Shown: piece after piece, positions 37,625 through 45,472 of the stretch
How positions within the stretch are numbered: the first letter of the stretch is position 1
Layout of the letters: the number at the start of each line of letters is the position of its first letter
DNA from: Woeseiaceae bacterium
GTDB lineage: Bacteria; Pseudomonadota; Gammaproteobacteria; Steroidobacterales; Woeseiaceae
DNA length: 64,000 nucleotides
Direction of reading: 5' to 3'
NCBI GenBank assembly: GCA_024640365.1
Contig: JAHEFE010000004.1
Span: 39,959 to 103,958, forward strand
Program-made: the position numbers and the translations under genes
The notes under the pieces: model-generated
The model's database searches: none
Seen by the model: only the letters and a program-made list of their open reading frames with translations
What the model was told of the DNA's origin: nothing

Positions 37625-39514
37625 ATGAAGAAAACAGATCTCGAATTGGGGATGAATCGGGCAATATCCCGTCGTGACTTTTTTCACGATGCGGGGTTGT
37701 TGGCGCTTGCCGGTGCCGTGCCCGGAATCAGTTTCGCCGAGAGTCTCGCGCTACCGCATCCTGAGCGAGAGGCCGGCTATTACCCGCCAACCCTGACTGG
37801 ACTCCGCGGCAGTCATGTTGGATCTTTTGAGACCGCCCACCGACTGGCTAGAGCAGGGGAGAAATATCCAGCTGGAACGGATACTGGCGAAAGTACTTAT
37901 GACCTGGTGGTTGTCGGCGGCGGCATTAGCGGCCTGGCGGCAGCCTGGTTTTACCGGCAACAACACGGCAGCGACGCGAAAATACTGATCCTTGATAATC
38001 ATGATGATTTTGGTGGTCACGCCAAGCGTAATGAGTTCCATGAAAACGGTGCCACCCGGTTGGCCTGGGGTGGAGCGATCAATCTCGAATACCCGGGCTA
38101 CAGTAAAGATGTGATGGGATTATTGACGGCGCTCGGGGTAAAAATCGACGAGCTCTCCAATGAAACGGATTTTGGCTTTCATGGCTTGGCCGGCATGCAG
38201 GAGGCGATCTATTTTGATGCTGAACACTATGGTCGCGATGTTGTTGCCAAAGGGATTTCCCCAAATTCGCAGCCAGCGGCAATTGCGGATCGCGTAGATG
38301 AGTTTCCGCTTTCGAAGCCGGCACGCGACGCCCTCAAGAAATTCCTTCGCTCAGGTGATGACCTGTTAGCGCCAATGTCGTACGACGAGCGACTGGATTA
38401 CCTCAATAAAACTACTTACTGGGATTTTCTGACCCAGCGTGTGGGATTGCCCAGGGAAGCAGCGCACGTTTTTCTGCAGAGCGCACAAGGGTACTGGGCG
38501 CTGCTCGCGGATGCGATCGGGACGGATGTGTGCCTGGCGATGGGTTTGCCAGGCTCGAACGTAATTGGGGAGGCCAGTGAGGTCTTTCTCGCTGATGACC
38601 CGGATGGAGGAAAGTTTGCAGTTTTCCCGGATGGCAATGCATCAGTTGCCCGGTTGCTGGTTCGTTCACTGATTCCTGCTATTGCTCCCGGTAGTACCAT
38701 GCAGGATGTCATCGAAGCCCCATTCGATTATGCGCGTCTGGATGACGATCGCTCGTCGGTACGCCTTCGTCTGCAATCGACCGCAGTGCAGGTGCGGAAC
38801 TTCGATGGGGGAGTCATTGTGGATTACGTGCAGGACGGAAAGGTATACCAGGTTAAGGGCGGCAAAAGCGTTCTCGCTTGTTACAACATGATCATTCCGT
38901 ACATATGCCCCGAGCTGCCGGGGGAACAAAAGGAAGCGCTACGTTATCTTGTTAAGCATCCGCTGATGGCGAGTAATGTCTTGCTGGAGAATGGTCATGC
39001 GATCGAAAAAACCGGGGTATCCCGTGCCTATTGTCCTGACCGGCTGCATGCTGAATGTTGGGCGATGGGCGGCATCAAGTTGGGGTCTTATGCACCCGAG
39101 TGGGACGCTGACATGCCGTTGGTCATGCAATTCTACGGGTCGATCGGAGACCCGTTTAAAGGACTGAGCGCACGCGAGCAAAATCGGGCGGGGCGGGCAC
39201 GAATGGAGCAACTGACCTTCGCGGACTATGAGCGTGAACTGCGCATGACCTTGGCGGGTATCTATGGTTCGGCTGGTCTGGATCCGGCGCGGGATATCAG
39301 TGCCATCACAGTGAATCGTTGGCCACACGGGTACGCGTATGAGTACCTGGGGCCGTTTGATCCCAAGTGGGCGCCAGGCGAGGCCCCGCACGAGATAGGA
39401 CGGAGACCCGTTGGTCGCATAGCTATTGCTAACTCTGATTCAGGCGTGAGTGCGTACCTGGATTCAGCTATAGACCAGGCTTGGCGCGCAATCAATGAAT
39501 TAAAGAATAGTTAA
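37625..39514 (+). CDS. Tat-exported FAD-dependent amine oxidoreductase (spermidine dehydrogenase SpdH-like)
   Basis: Start at the MKKTDL ATG preceded by GGGAGA. Twin-arginine motif SRRDFF with AGAVPGISFA. Dinucleotide fold YDLVVVGGGISGLAAAWFY...ILDNHDDFGGHAKRNEF. Confidence 0.65.
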   Translation: MKKTDLELGMNRAISRRDFFHDAGLLALAGAVPGISFAESLALPHPEREAGYYPPTLTGLRGSHVGSFETAHRLARAGEKYPAGTDTGESTYDLVVVGGGISGLAAAWFYRQQHGSDAKILILDNHDDFGGHAKRNEFHENGATRLAWGGAINLEYPGYSKDVMGLLTALGVKIDELSNETDFGFHGLAGMQEAIYFDAEHYGRDVVAKGISPNSQPAAIADRVDEFPLSKPARDALKKFLRSGDDLLAPMSYDERLDYLNKTTYWDFLTQRVGLPREAAHVFLQSAQGYWALLADAIGTDVCLAMGLPGSNVIGEASEVFLADDPDGGKFAVFPDGNASVARLLVRSLIPAIAPGSTMQDVIEAPFDYARLDDDRSSVRLRLQSTAVQVRNFDGGVIVDYVQDGKVYQVKGGKSVLACYNMIIPYICPELPGEQKEALRYLVKHPLMASNVLLENGHAIEKTGVSRAYCPDRLHAECWAMGGIKLGSYAPEWDADMPLVMQFYGSIGDPFKGLSAREQNRAGRARMEQLTFADYERELRMTLAGIYGSAGLDPARDISAITVNRWPHGYAYEYLGPFDPKWAPGEAPHEIGRRPVGRIAIANSDSGVSAYLDSAIDQAWRAINELKNS

Positions 39515-39588
39515 TACAAAGGGTTATTAGAGTTATATAAAGTAAAGTATTCTATCGAATTATGAGTTTTACCAGTCACCATCACTGA

Positions 39589-41340
39589 CTATAAGCGGTA
39601 GTTTCTCTCAATATCGGTAACTGTGAGGATGCCCATGACTCTCCTTTGGCCATTGCGGCCAAGGGCCCAGACATACAATGCTTCTGCTTGGGTTTCGTCA
39701 AGCGTATCAGCGGCCTCTTGCAGGGTTTCGGTTAAGTGGATCGGGGCGAGCTGCAATCGATCGGCGGGTAGTTCGAGCAAATCAAATTCGTTCTGTTCCG
39801 GGAATTCAGATAGTTGCCGGGCTAGATCGACGGCAGGGAGCACCGTCCTTAGCGCGCCGTCACGCTCAATCACGACCCAGCGCGGATTCTTTTCGAGTGA
39901 GGACTCGATTGTGGCTCTGTTGCACACTCGCTCAAGCTGGATGACGTTGCGTTCCATAGCGGCCCCGACCCCAACGCGCCGCAGAGACTGATGGATCGGG
40001 TCGTTCTTAACGTGCAGTCCCCGGGCGTGTAGCAACATTGAATAGACTGACTCCTGTCCAAAGAGTTGTTTGGATGTCATGTAGGACGCGATAACTGCAA
40101 GCATTCCCGGCCAGATGATGCCGGTGTTTGCCGACAGCTCGAGAATTGTGACGAGTGCTGCCAAAGGGGCATGCAGCGTGCCCGCCATCATGGCGCCCAT
40201 ACCAATCAATGCATACAAGCCGGCCGAGGATGCATGTTCAGGTGCCAGCCAGTGCCAGCCGATTCCCGCCCCAGCTCCGCAAATCGCACCAATAAACAAT
40301 ACCGGACCGATCAGGCCACCCGGTAGGCCGAGCCCCAGTCCAGCCGCCGTCGCAAGTAACTTGAACGCGAGAATAAGCAACACCGAGCCGATAGCTATTT
40401 GCCCCAGCAAGGCGGCATCAACCGTGTCATAACCGATACCCATAACCTGCGGTGCGGGCAGGGCGCAAAGGCTCACGGCGAGCCCGGCGAGCAAAAGTCG
40501 CTGGCTTATGGTGAGGTTTGAAAAATGGGTGGCGAAGAATCGGAGCAGTTGCTTAAACACTGTCGCGATAACTCCAACGACAATGCCCATCAACATGATG
40601 TATGGCAATTCAATGGCTGAGCCAATTGAGATAGCTGGAATAGCGAATGCCGGTGCCGCGCCATACGCCAGGTGGCTGATGGCAGTTGCGCTAAACGCGG
40701 CCAGAATTACCGGGGCAAAGCCTATTACGGTGTACTCCATCACGATGACTTCCATCGTAAATACCACGCCAGCCAATGGCGTGTTAAATGCAGCGGCGAT
40801 GGCTGCAGCGACGCCACACGCCGCCAGGATGCGCAGACTGTTATTGGGCAACCCCATTCGACGGCCTGGCAAAGTACCGATGGTCGCACCGAGATGGATC
40901 GCCGGACCTTCGCGGCCAACGGAGTGGCCGAATACAATGGAGATTGCGCCAGCTACAAATTGAACCAGTGCATTGCGAGTGGGAAGGCGCCCCTGGTGAT
41001 ACGCCAGTCGCTCCATGACATGGGTAACCCCCACTTGCTGTGACTCACTTTTGGTCCGTTTGAATAAAAGTGCGATGACAGCCGCGCCGATCAATGGCAG
41101 CGACAGACGGGCGAGCACCCCGAGGCCTTCATAATTTTCAGAATTGTCCGGCAGCAAAAGAAGCTGACCCAGTTCTATGGTGCTACGAAATAAAACGATA
41201 ACGAGGGCAGCGAAGATGCCGCAGAGGATACCCAATACGGCCAGTTGCGGAAGAGCGTCGGCGGCCGAGAGACGCAAGCGAAGATTATCAAGCGCGCTGG
41301 TAACTTTCTGACGGACTTGCAGATACCCTTTTTTGATCAT
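39589..41340 (-). CDS. ClC-family chloride channel/antiporter with C-terminal CBS pair
   Basis: 583 aa. Selectivity motifs GREGP (GHSVGREGPAIHLG), GVVFTMEV and GLIGP. The C-terminal about 140 aa are CBS-like. Confidence 0.85.
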   Translation of the reverse strand: MIKKGYLQVRQKVTSALDNLRLRLSAADALPQLAVLGILCGIFAALVIVLFRSTIELGQLLLLPDNSENYEGLGVLARLSLPLIGAAVIALLFKRTKSESQQVGVTHVMERLAYHQGRLPTRNALVQFVAGAISIVFGHSVGREGPAIHLGATIGTLPGRRMGLPNNSLRILAACGVAAAIAAAFNTPLAGVVFTMEVIVMEYTVIGFAPVILAAFSATAISHLAYGAAPAFAIPAISIGSAIELPYIMLMGIVVGVIATVFKQLLRFFATHFSNLTISQRLLLAGLAVSLCALPAPQVMGIGYDTVDAALLGQIAIGSVLLILAFKLLATAAGLGLGLPGGLIGPVLFIGAICGAGAGIGWHWLAPEHASSAGLYALIGMGAMMAGTLHAPLAALVTILELSANTGIIWPGMLAVIASYMTSKQLFGQESVYSMLLHARGLHVKNDPIHQSLRRVGVGAAMERNVIQLERVCNRATIESSLEKNPRWVVIERDGALRTVLPAVDLARQLSEFPEQNEFDLLELPADRLQLAPIHLTETLQEAADTLDETQAEALYVWALGRNGQRRVMGILTVTDIERNYRL

Positions 41341-41428
41341 TGGTCCGGCCGGAGACGGTGATGAGGTGAAGATAGCCTCTAGCTTGCCTTAAAAGGGGGC
41401 GATGGGGAATGCCTTTGGATTTCCAAGG

Positions 41429-41683
41429 TTAGATACGTAGTTCGCGTTGCTGCGGCTGCCAATCGGCCAGACGAATTTGAGCGGTTCCCATGCCGAGGGC
41501 TCGCACCCATTTGGCGGCGGCATCAAGAGTTGCCCACGTTTTCAGTTTTCCCTGGGTTGTTTCTGCAGTAACTGCTCCATTGGGAGTGTTGGCCTGAACG
41601 TGGAAGCGGGCACCATGACCAATAATGTTTATCTTTTTGATGGCTCCAATAGACACCATTGCTTTCAGCATTTTTTCATCCAT
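41429..41683 (-). CDS. Small hypothetical protein (84 aa) coupled to an RHH regulator
   Basis: The ORF overlaps the stop of the upstream RHH gene by 8 nt (ATGGATGA), and GGGGAAG lies 6 nt upstream. I recognise no family. Confidence 0.55.
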   Translation of the reverse strand: MDEKMLKAMVSIGAIKKINIIGHGARFHVQANTPNGAVTAETTQGKLKTWATLDAAAKWVRALGMGTAQIRLADWQPQQRELRI

Positions 41684-41870
41684 TGAGCTTCCCCAATTTA
41701 GTGGTCTTACGATCGTTTATGGAAATACCGGCTTCGTCACAATAGCGCCGAATCAGGACTTCGATCATGTTGGCAACGCTGCGGTGTTCCTGGTCGGCGG
41801 CTGCTCTTACAGCATCCTTGAGGCCCGGATCTATACGTAGATTAAGTGTCGCTATCTTGGTTTTTGGCAT
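41676..41870 (-). CDS. Ribbon-helix-helix (CopG/Arc-like) DNA-binding protein
   Basis: MPKTKIATLNLRIDPGLKDAVRAAADQEHRSVANMIEVLI shows the strand-helix-helix pattern. The start is ambiguous, with alternative upstream starts up to 41900. Confidence 0.6.
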   Translation of the reverse strand: MPKTKIATLNLRIDPGLKDAVRAAADQEHRSVANMIEVLIRRYCDEAGISINDRKTTKLGKLNG

Positions 41871-42110
41871 AAACAGAAGGTAACGCATATTACGACGCAA
41901 GTAAAGTACTTTATATATTAAAAGTATCGCTTATGTAACGCACTTTGATTTAGCGTAATAACAGCTGTTTCTTCAAGACGGAGGCCTAGATTAGAGGCGC
42001 TATTCACAAAACCCCAGCATCGATAAGTAATTGCTCTGATTGAGCCTGGGCAGTGCTTCGCTATAGTACAAACGACTGTAAATAGTTGTTTTTCCGAAAA
42101 GGCGGCGGAC

Positions 42111-43025
42111 GTGCCCAGCGCTAATATTTCCAGGAAGAATCCTCTCAATCTGGAGGTTGCTGAGAAGCTACACCAGATGGCGGACTTGCTGGAACAGCAG
42201 CAGTCGAATCCCTACCGCGTCAATGCTTACCGAAAAGCAGCCGTTACAATCTCCGGCCTGAATAAAGATGTTGGAAAGCTGGTTGAAACGGATGGTGTCG
42301 ATGGCTTGCAACAGTTGCCCGGTATCGGCGAGGGTTTGAGTGCAGCAATTTACGAAATAGTAACCACCGGCCGGCTGGGACAGTTCGAGCGCCTCGAGGG
42401 AAATGTCGATCCCCACGTTGTGCTGCGGAGAGTGCCAGGAATAGGAAAATCGCTTGCCAGTGCGATACACGACAATTTACACATAGATACTCTTGAAGAG
42501 TTAGAGGTGGCAGCGCATGACGGTCGTCTCGCTTCGATTCGCGGTATGGGGGAAAGGCGAGTTGCAGCTATTCGGGCTAACCTCGCGAGCATGCTACGGC
42601 GCAGCCAGCCCGAGTCCGCAACAGGTAATTTTCCCGGCGTAGCCCTGGTGCTCGAGATCGACAGCAGATACCGAGCGGCGGCAGCGGAACACAAGTTGCC
42701 GCTCATTACACCGCGGCGATTTAATCCGGAGAAAAAGGCATGGTTGCCCGTCTTGCATGCAACCATCGGGAACTGGCATTTCACGGCATTATTCTCTAAT
42801 ACGGCTCGCGCCCACGATCTCAAAAAGACAAGTGAGTGGGTCGTAATCTATTTCTATGATGATGAACATTCAGAAGGGCAATGCACGGTTGTTACTGAAG
42901 GCCATGGTCGATTGCGCGGCTTGCGAGTCATCAGGGGCAAGGAAGCGCAGTGTGATTCATGGTATCGGCTGCGTAATCACCGTGAGTTGGTAGATCAGAA
43001 AATCAATCTGGTCGCATTACCCTAG
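42111..43025 (+). CDS. PolX-family helix-hairpin-helix protein without a recognisable polymerase palm
   Basis: The N-terminus NLEVAEKLHQMADLLEQQQSNPYRVNAYRKAA resembles the pol-beta 8-kDa domain. Two HhH motifs: LPGIGEGLSAAI and VPGIGKSLASAI. I saw no GS..RG / DxD nucleotidyltransferase motif. GTG start. Confidence 0.6.
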   Translation: MPSANISRKNPLNLEVAEKLHQMADLLEQQQSNPYRVNAYRKAAVTISGLNKDVGKLVETDGVDGLQQLPGIGEGLSAAIYEIVTTGRLGQFERLEGNVDPHVVLRRVPGIGKSLASAIHDNLHIDTLEELEVAAHDGRLASIRGMGERRVAAIRANLASMLRRSQPESATGNFPGVALVLEIDSRYRAAAAEHKLPLITPRRFNPEKKAWLPVLHATIGNWHFTALFSNTARAHDLKKTSEWVVIYFYDDEHSEGQCTVVTEGHGRLRGLRVIRGKEAQCDSWYRLRNHRELVDQKINLVALP

Positions 43026-43523
43026 CGATTCGTCTTGTTCAAGAATCGCGAGCACTTGTCGAAGCGCTTTATTTAAAGTCAACCGTGCCGGACCCGAGAG
43101 TCCCTCAAGCGCACGATTTGCTTCGGCCAGCCGTGTTGCAAGCGCGTCGTCGATCGCTTTCTCACCCTGTCTGGTCAGCCGGACAATAACCGATCGCCCG
43201 TCCTCCTTACTGGCACGACGCCTCACAAAACCGCGCGATTCCAGTCCATCAATGCGAGTTGTCATCGCTCCAGTACTGAGCAACGCGGCGCGCGCGATGT
43301 CAGTTGCGGCCATTTCGAAAGGCGCGCCCTGGCGTCGAAGTACGGACAAAACATCATATTCCCAGAGCTTGAGCCCATGTTCAGCGAGAGCATGATTGGT
43401 CTGCCGCTGCAGCAATTTAGCCAATCTCTGGATCCTGACCACCGCCGCTAAGGCGTCCGTATCCAGGCGCGGCATCTCCCGCCCCCACTGGCTAATGAGG
43501 GTGTCTACATGATCATCTTGCAT
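43017..43523 (-). CDS. MarR-family transcriptional regulator
   Basis: 168 aa. Winged-HTH region LWEYDVLSVLRRQG...ATDIARAALLSTGAMTTRIDGLESRGFVRR. Confidence 0.85.
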   Translation of the reverse strand: MQDDHVDTLISQWGREMPRLDTDALAAVVRIQRLAKLLQRQTNHALAEHGLKLWEYDVLSVLRRQGAPFEMAATDIARAALLSTGAMTTRIDGLESRGFVRRRASKEDGRSVIVRLTRQGEKAIDDALATRLAEANRALEGLSGPARLTLNKALRQVLAILEQDESLG

Positions 43524-43562
43524 GTTCTTGGTCGCAGTTCCCTAAAAATGTGAAAAAAAGGC

Positions 43563-43603
43563 TTGACATCGAACTAAAAAAAACTATCTTGACGCCGAGA
43601 TAG
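43563..43603 (+). promoter_or_regulatory. Candidate sigma70 promoter with overlapping palindromic (MarR-type) operator
   Basis: TTGACA (43563-43568), 16-nt spacer, TATCTT (43585-43590). The inverted repeat CTATCT-N8-AGATAG (43584-43603) overlaps the -10. Located between marR and the divergent acidic-protein gene. Confidence 0.4.
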
Positions 43604-43622
43604 TGTTGATGGGGAGCATACC

Positions 43623-43940
43623 ATGACAAAAGCTATTGAAACCCAGTTCGATGAGGACTGGACTGAAACTGAAGAAATGGATACGGAAACTGAGATGGAT
43701 GATACAGACGAGTTGGACTTCGATGACTTTGACGAGGAATCTGAAGAATCCGACGATGAGCTGGAGGCTAGTAGCGGTAGCAAAAACGGCAGCGCTAAAC
43801 CTGCGGACCGGGCGCCAGTATGGCGTTTGATCGAAATGTCTCGTGAGAGCCGTCGTTTACATGACGATCTGGCAGATTTCGAGGATTACGAGTTTTACGA
43901 CAGCGTGGATAGCGATTTGAGTTTTGGAGTGTCCCACTAA
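43623..43940 (+). CDS. Highly acidic small protein
   Basis: 105 aa. The N-terminal half is almost entirely D/E/T (EEMDTETEMDDTDELDFDDFDEESEESDDELE). SD GGGGAG is 6 nt upstream. Confidence 0.6.
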   Translation: MTKAIETQFDEDWTETEEMDTETEMDDTDELDFDDFDEESEESDDELEASSGSKNGSAKPADRAPVWRLIEMSRESRRLHDDLADFEDYEFYDSVDSDLSFGVSH

Positions 43941-44011
43941 CTAGTTAAGTTGGGGATGCTTTTTGGAAGTAGTAGTTAATTTAGTGCACAAGCAATTAAG
44001 AGGCTAAGAAA

Positions 44012-44206
44012 GTGCGTAAGAGATTTGGTGAAAGCGATTTTGATGGTGACGATGCTATGTTTGATATGTTGAGCAGTCGTTATGCGCAAGTCGTGAAGAG
44101 TGGGGGAAAAGAGTCCAGTAAACACCGGGCTCATTATGACGATGAAGTTGCCGGGGAGCGGCGGAGTCATCCTAAGCACAAGCGTGTGCGGCAAGAAACC
44201 CATTAA
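44012..44206 (+). CDS. Small charged, His/Lys-rich hypothetical protein
   Basis: 64 aa with a GTG start. AAGAGG upstream, and a strong terminator 16 nt after the stop. Confidence 0.45.
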   Translation: MRKRFGESDFDGDDAMFDMLSSRYAQVVKSGGKESSKHRAHYDDEVAGERRSHPKHKRVRQETH

Positions 44207-44221
44207 ATAGATGATTTACAT

Positions 44222-44249
44222 AGCCGGTGACAGCAGTCACCGGCTTTTC
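44222..44249 (+). terminator. Rho-independent terminator
   Basis: Perfect 10-bp stem AGCCGGTGAC / GTCACCGGCT, loop AGCA, then a TTTT tail. Confidence 0.8.
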
Positions 44250-44329
44250 CTCGTTCTCCGCAATTCTGCGGAGATAGCAGTGTCCTTTGATCCCGGTTGG
44301 AGTTGATTTCGCTTGCATTTTCGTTCGTG

Positions 44330-44350
44330 TGATATCAAAATGATATCAAA
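44330..44350. repeat. Tandem direct repeat TGATATCAAA x2 upstream of the SPFH gene
   Basis: Copies at 44330-44339 and 44341-44350, one nt apart. Each contains the GATATC palindrome. They lie 25 nt upstream of the 44375 start. Confidence 0.6.
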
Positions 44351-44374
44351 TTGACGTAGTGTGAGGAGATCCTA

Positions 44375-45244
44375 ATGTTTCGTGAAACTGTTCGTAAGGT
44401 TTTTTCCGGGTATCCAGTCATTCCAGTGCTGCTGATTACTCAGCTGGGCTGCGCTTGGTGGTTCTATACAAACGTCGAGGCTCAATCCTTGCCCGGCGTA
44501 GTAGCGGCAGTCGTGAGCTTTCTGTTTGTCTTCGTACTGTGGTTTGGCTTTTTCATGGTTCAGCCGAATGAAGCCAAGGTATTGCAGCTGTTCGGTAATT
44601 ATTCCGGAACTGTGCATACCGCAGGCTTGCGTTGGTCGAATCCTTTGTTTACGAAAACCAACGTGTCGACTCGAATTCGAAATTTCGAGAGCGGCAGGCT
44701 CAAGGTCAATGATTCGAGGGGCAGCCCGATCGAGATAGCGGCGGTTGTAGTGTGGAAGGTCGTCGATACCGCGGAAGCTATTTTCGAGGTTGATGATTAC
44801 GAGGAATTCGTGCGCATTCAAAGTGAATCAGCGCTGCGCAATCTGACCACAACATATCCATATGAGCCCCATGAAGGTGACGGCGTCGCGTTGCGTAGTC
44901 ACCCACAGGAGATAGCGGAGGCACTGCGGAACGAAATTCAAGACAGGTTGGAACAGGCGGGAGTCAACGTGGTTGAGGCGCGCATAAGCCACCTGGCCTA
45001 TGCTCCAGAAATTGCGAACGCGATGTTGCGGAGGCAACAAGCGTCTGCTGTGATTGCAGCCAGAACCCAGATTGTTGCCGGTGCGGTTGGCATGGTACAG
45101 ATGGCCCTGGAGCAGCTCAAAGAACAAGGCGTTGTGGAGCTCGATGAAGAGCGCAAAGCATCCATGGTCAGTAACCTGTTGGTCGTTTTGTGTAGTGAAG
45201 AGAGCGCCCAGCCAGTCGTTAACGCCGGCACCCTGTATAGCTAG
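44375..45244 (+). CDS. SPFH/band-7 domain membrane protein
   Basis: 289 aa with N-terminal TM helices, followed by an SPFH-like core ([21 protein letters not shown]...ESALRNL...[15 protein letters not shown]). SD GAGGAG upstream. Confidence 0.75.
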   Translation: MFRETVRKVFSGYPVIPVLLITQLGCAWWFYTNVEAQSLPGVVAAVVSFLFVFVLWFGFFMVQPNEAKVLQLFGNYSGTVHTAGLRWSNPLFTKTNVSTRIRNFESGRLKVNDSRGSPIEIAAVVVWKVVDTAEAIFEVDDYEEFVRIQSESALRNLTTTYPYEPHEGDGVALRSHPQEIAEALRNEIQDRLEQAGVNVVEARISHLAYAPEIANAMLRRQQASAVIAARTQIVAGAVGMVQMALEQLKEQGVVELDEERKASMVSNLLVVLCSEESAQPVVNAGTLYS

Positions 45245-45256
45245 CTGGCGGCACCG

Positions 45257-45439
45257 ATGAGTAAAAAGAAAGCCTTTGCGTTGCGGGTAGACGAGCAATT
45301 ACTCGCTGCTCTGCAGCGCTGGGCGGATGACGATTTACGAAGCCTCAATTCACAAATCGAATTTTTATTGCGTGAACGGCTACGGAAGGAAAGCCGATTG
45401 CCAACCCATGGCGACCCTAAAGCCAAAATCAAAAAATAG
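45257..45439 (+). CDS. Arc/MetJ-type ribbon-helix-helix protein
   Basis: 60 aa. KKAFALRVDEQLLAALQRWADDDLRSLNSQIEFLL matches the RHH signature (..RSLN.EI..L). 12 nt after the SPFH stop. Confidence 0.65.
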   Translation: MSKKKAFALRVDEQLLAALQRWADDDLRSLNSQIEFLLRERLRKESRLPTHGDPKAKIKK

Positions 45440-45472
45440 TCATTGCAGTTAGGATCTTTGAGAGGATTCACT

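Noticed and set aside
41341-41428. Fluoride or other riboswitch in the ClC gene leader
   Set aside because: The 88-nt leader does not match the crcB fluoride-riboswitch consensus as I remember it. The ClC also has the GREGP chloride-type selectivity motif and CBS domains, not the CLC-F pattern.
41918-42148. 76-aa minus-strand ORF in the AT-rich spacer
   Set aside because: There is no SD. It overlaps the start of the PolX-like gene, and its composition is typical of a chance ORF in an AT-rich promoter region.
43574-43783. 69-aa minus-strand ORF (poly-Ser)
   Set aside because: It is the antisense reading of the GA-rich acidic-protein gene and a compositional artefact. The 43976..44203 minus-strand ORF is likewise the antisense of 44012..44206, which has the SD and the terminator.
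44372-45298. Two minus-strand ORFs (149 and 156 aa)
   Set aside because: Both are antisense to the SPFH gene and have no motifs or SD.
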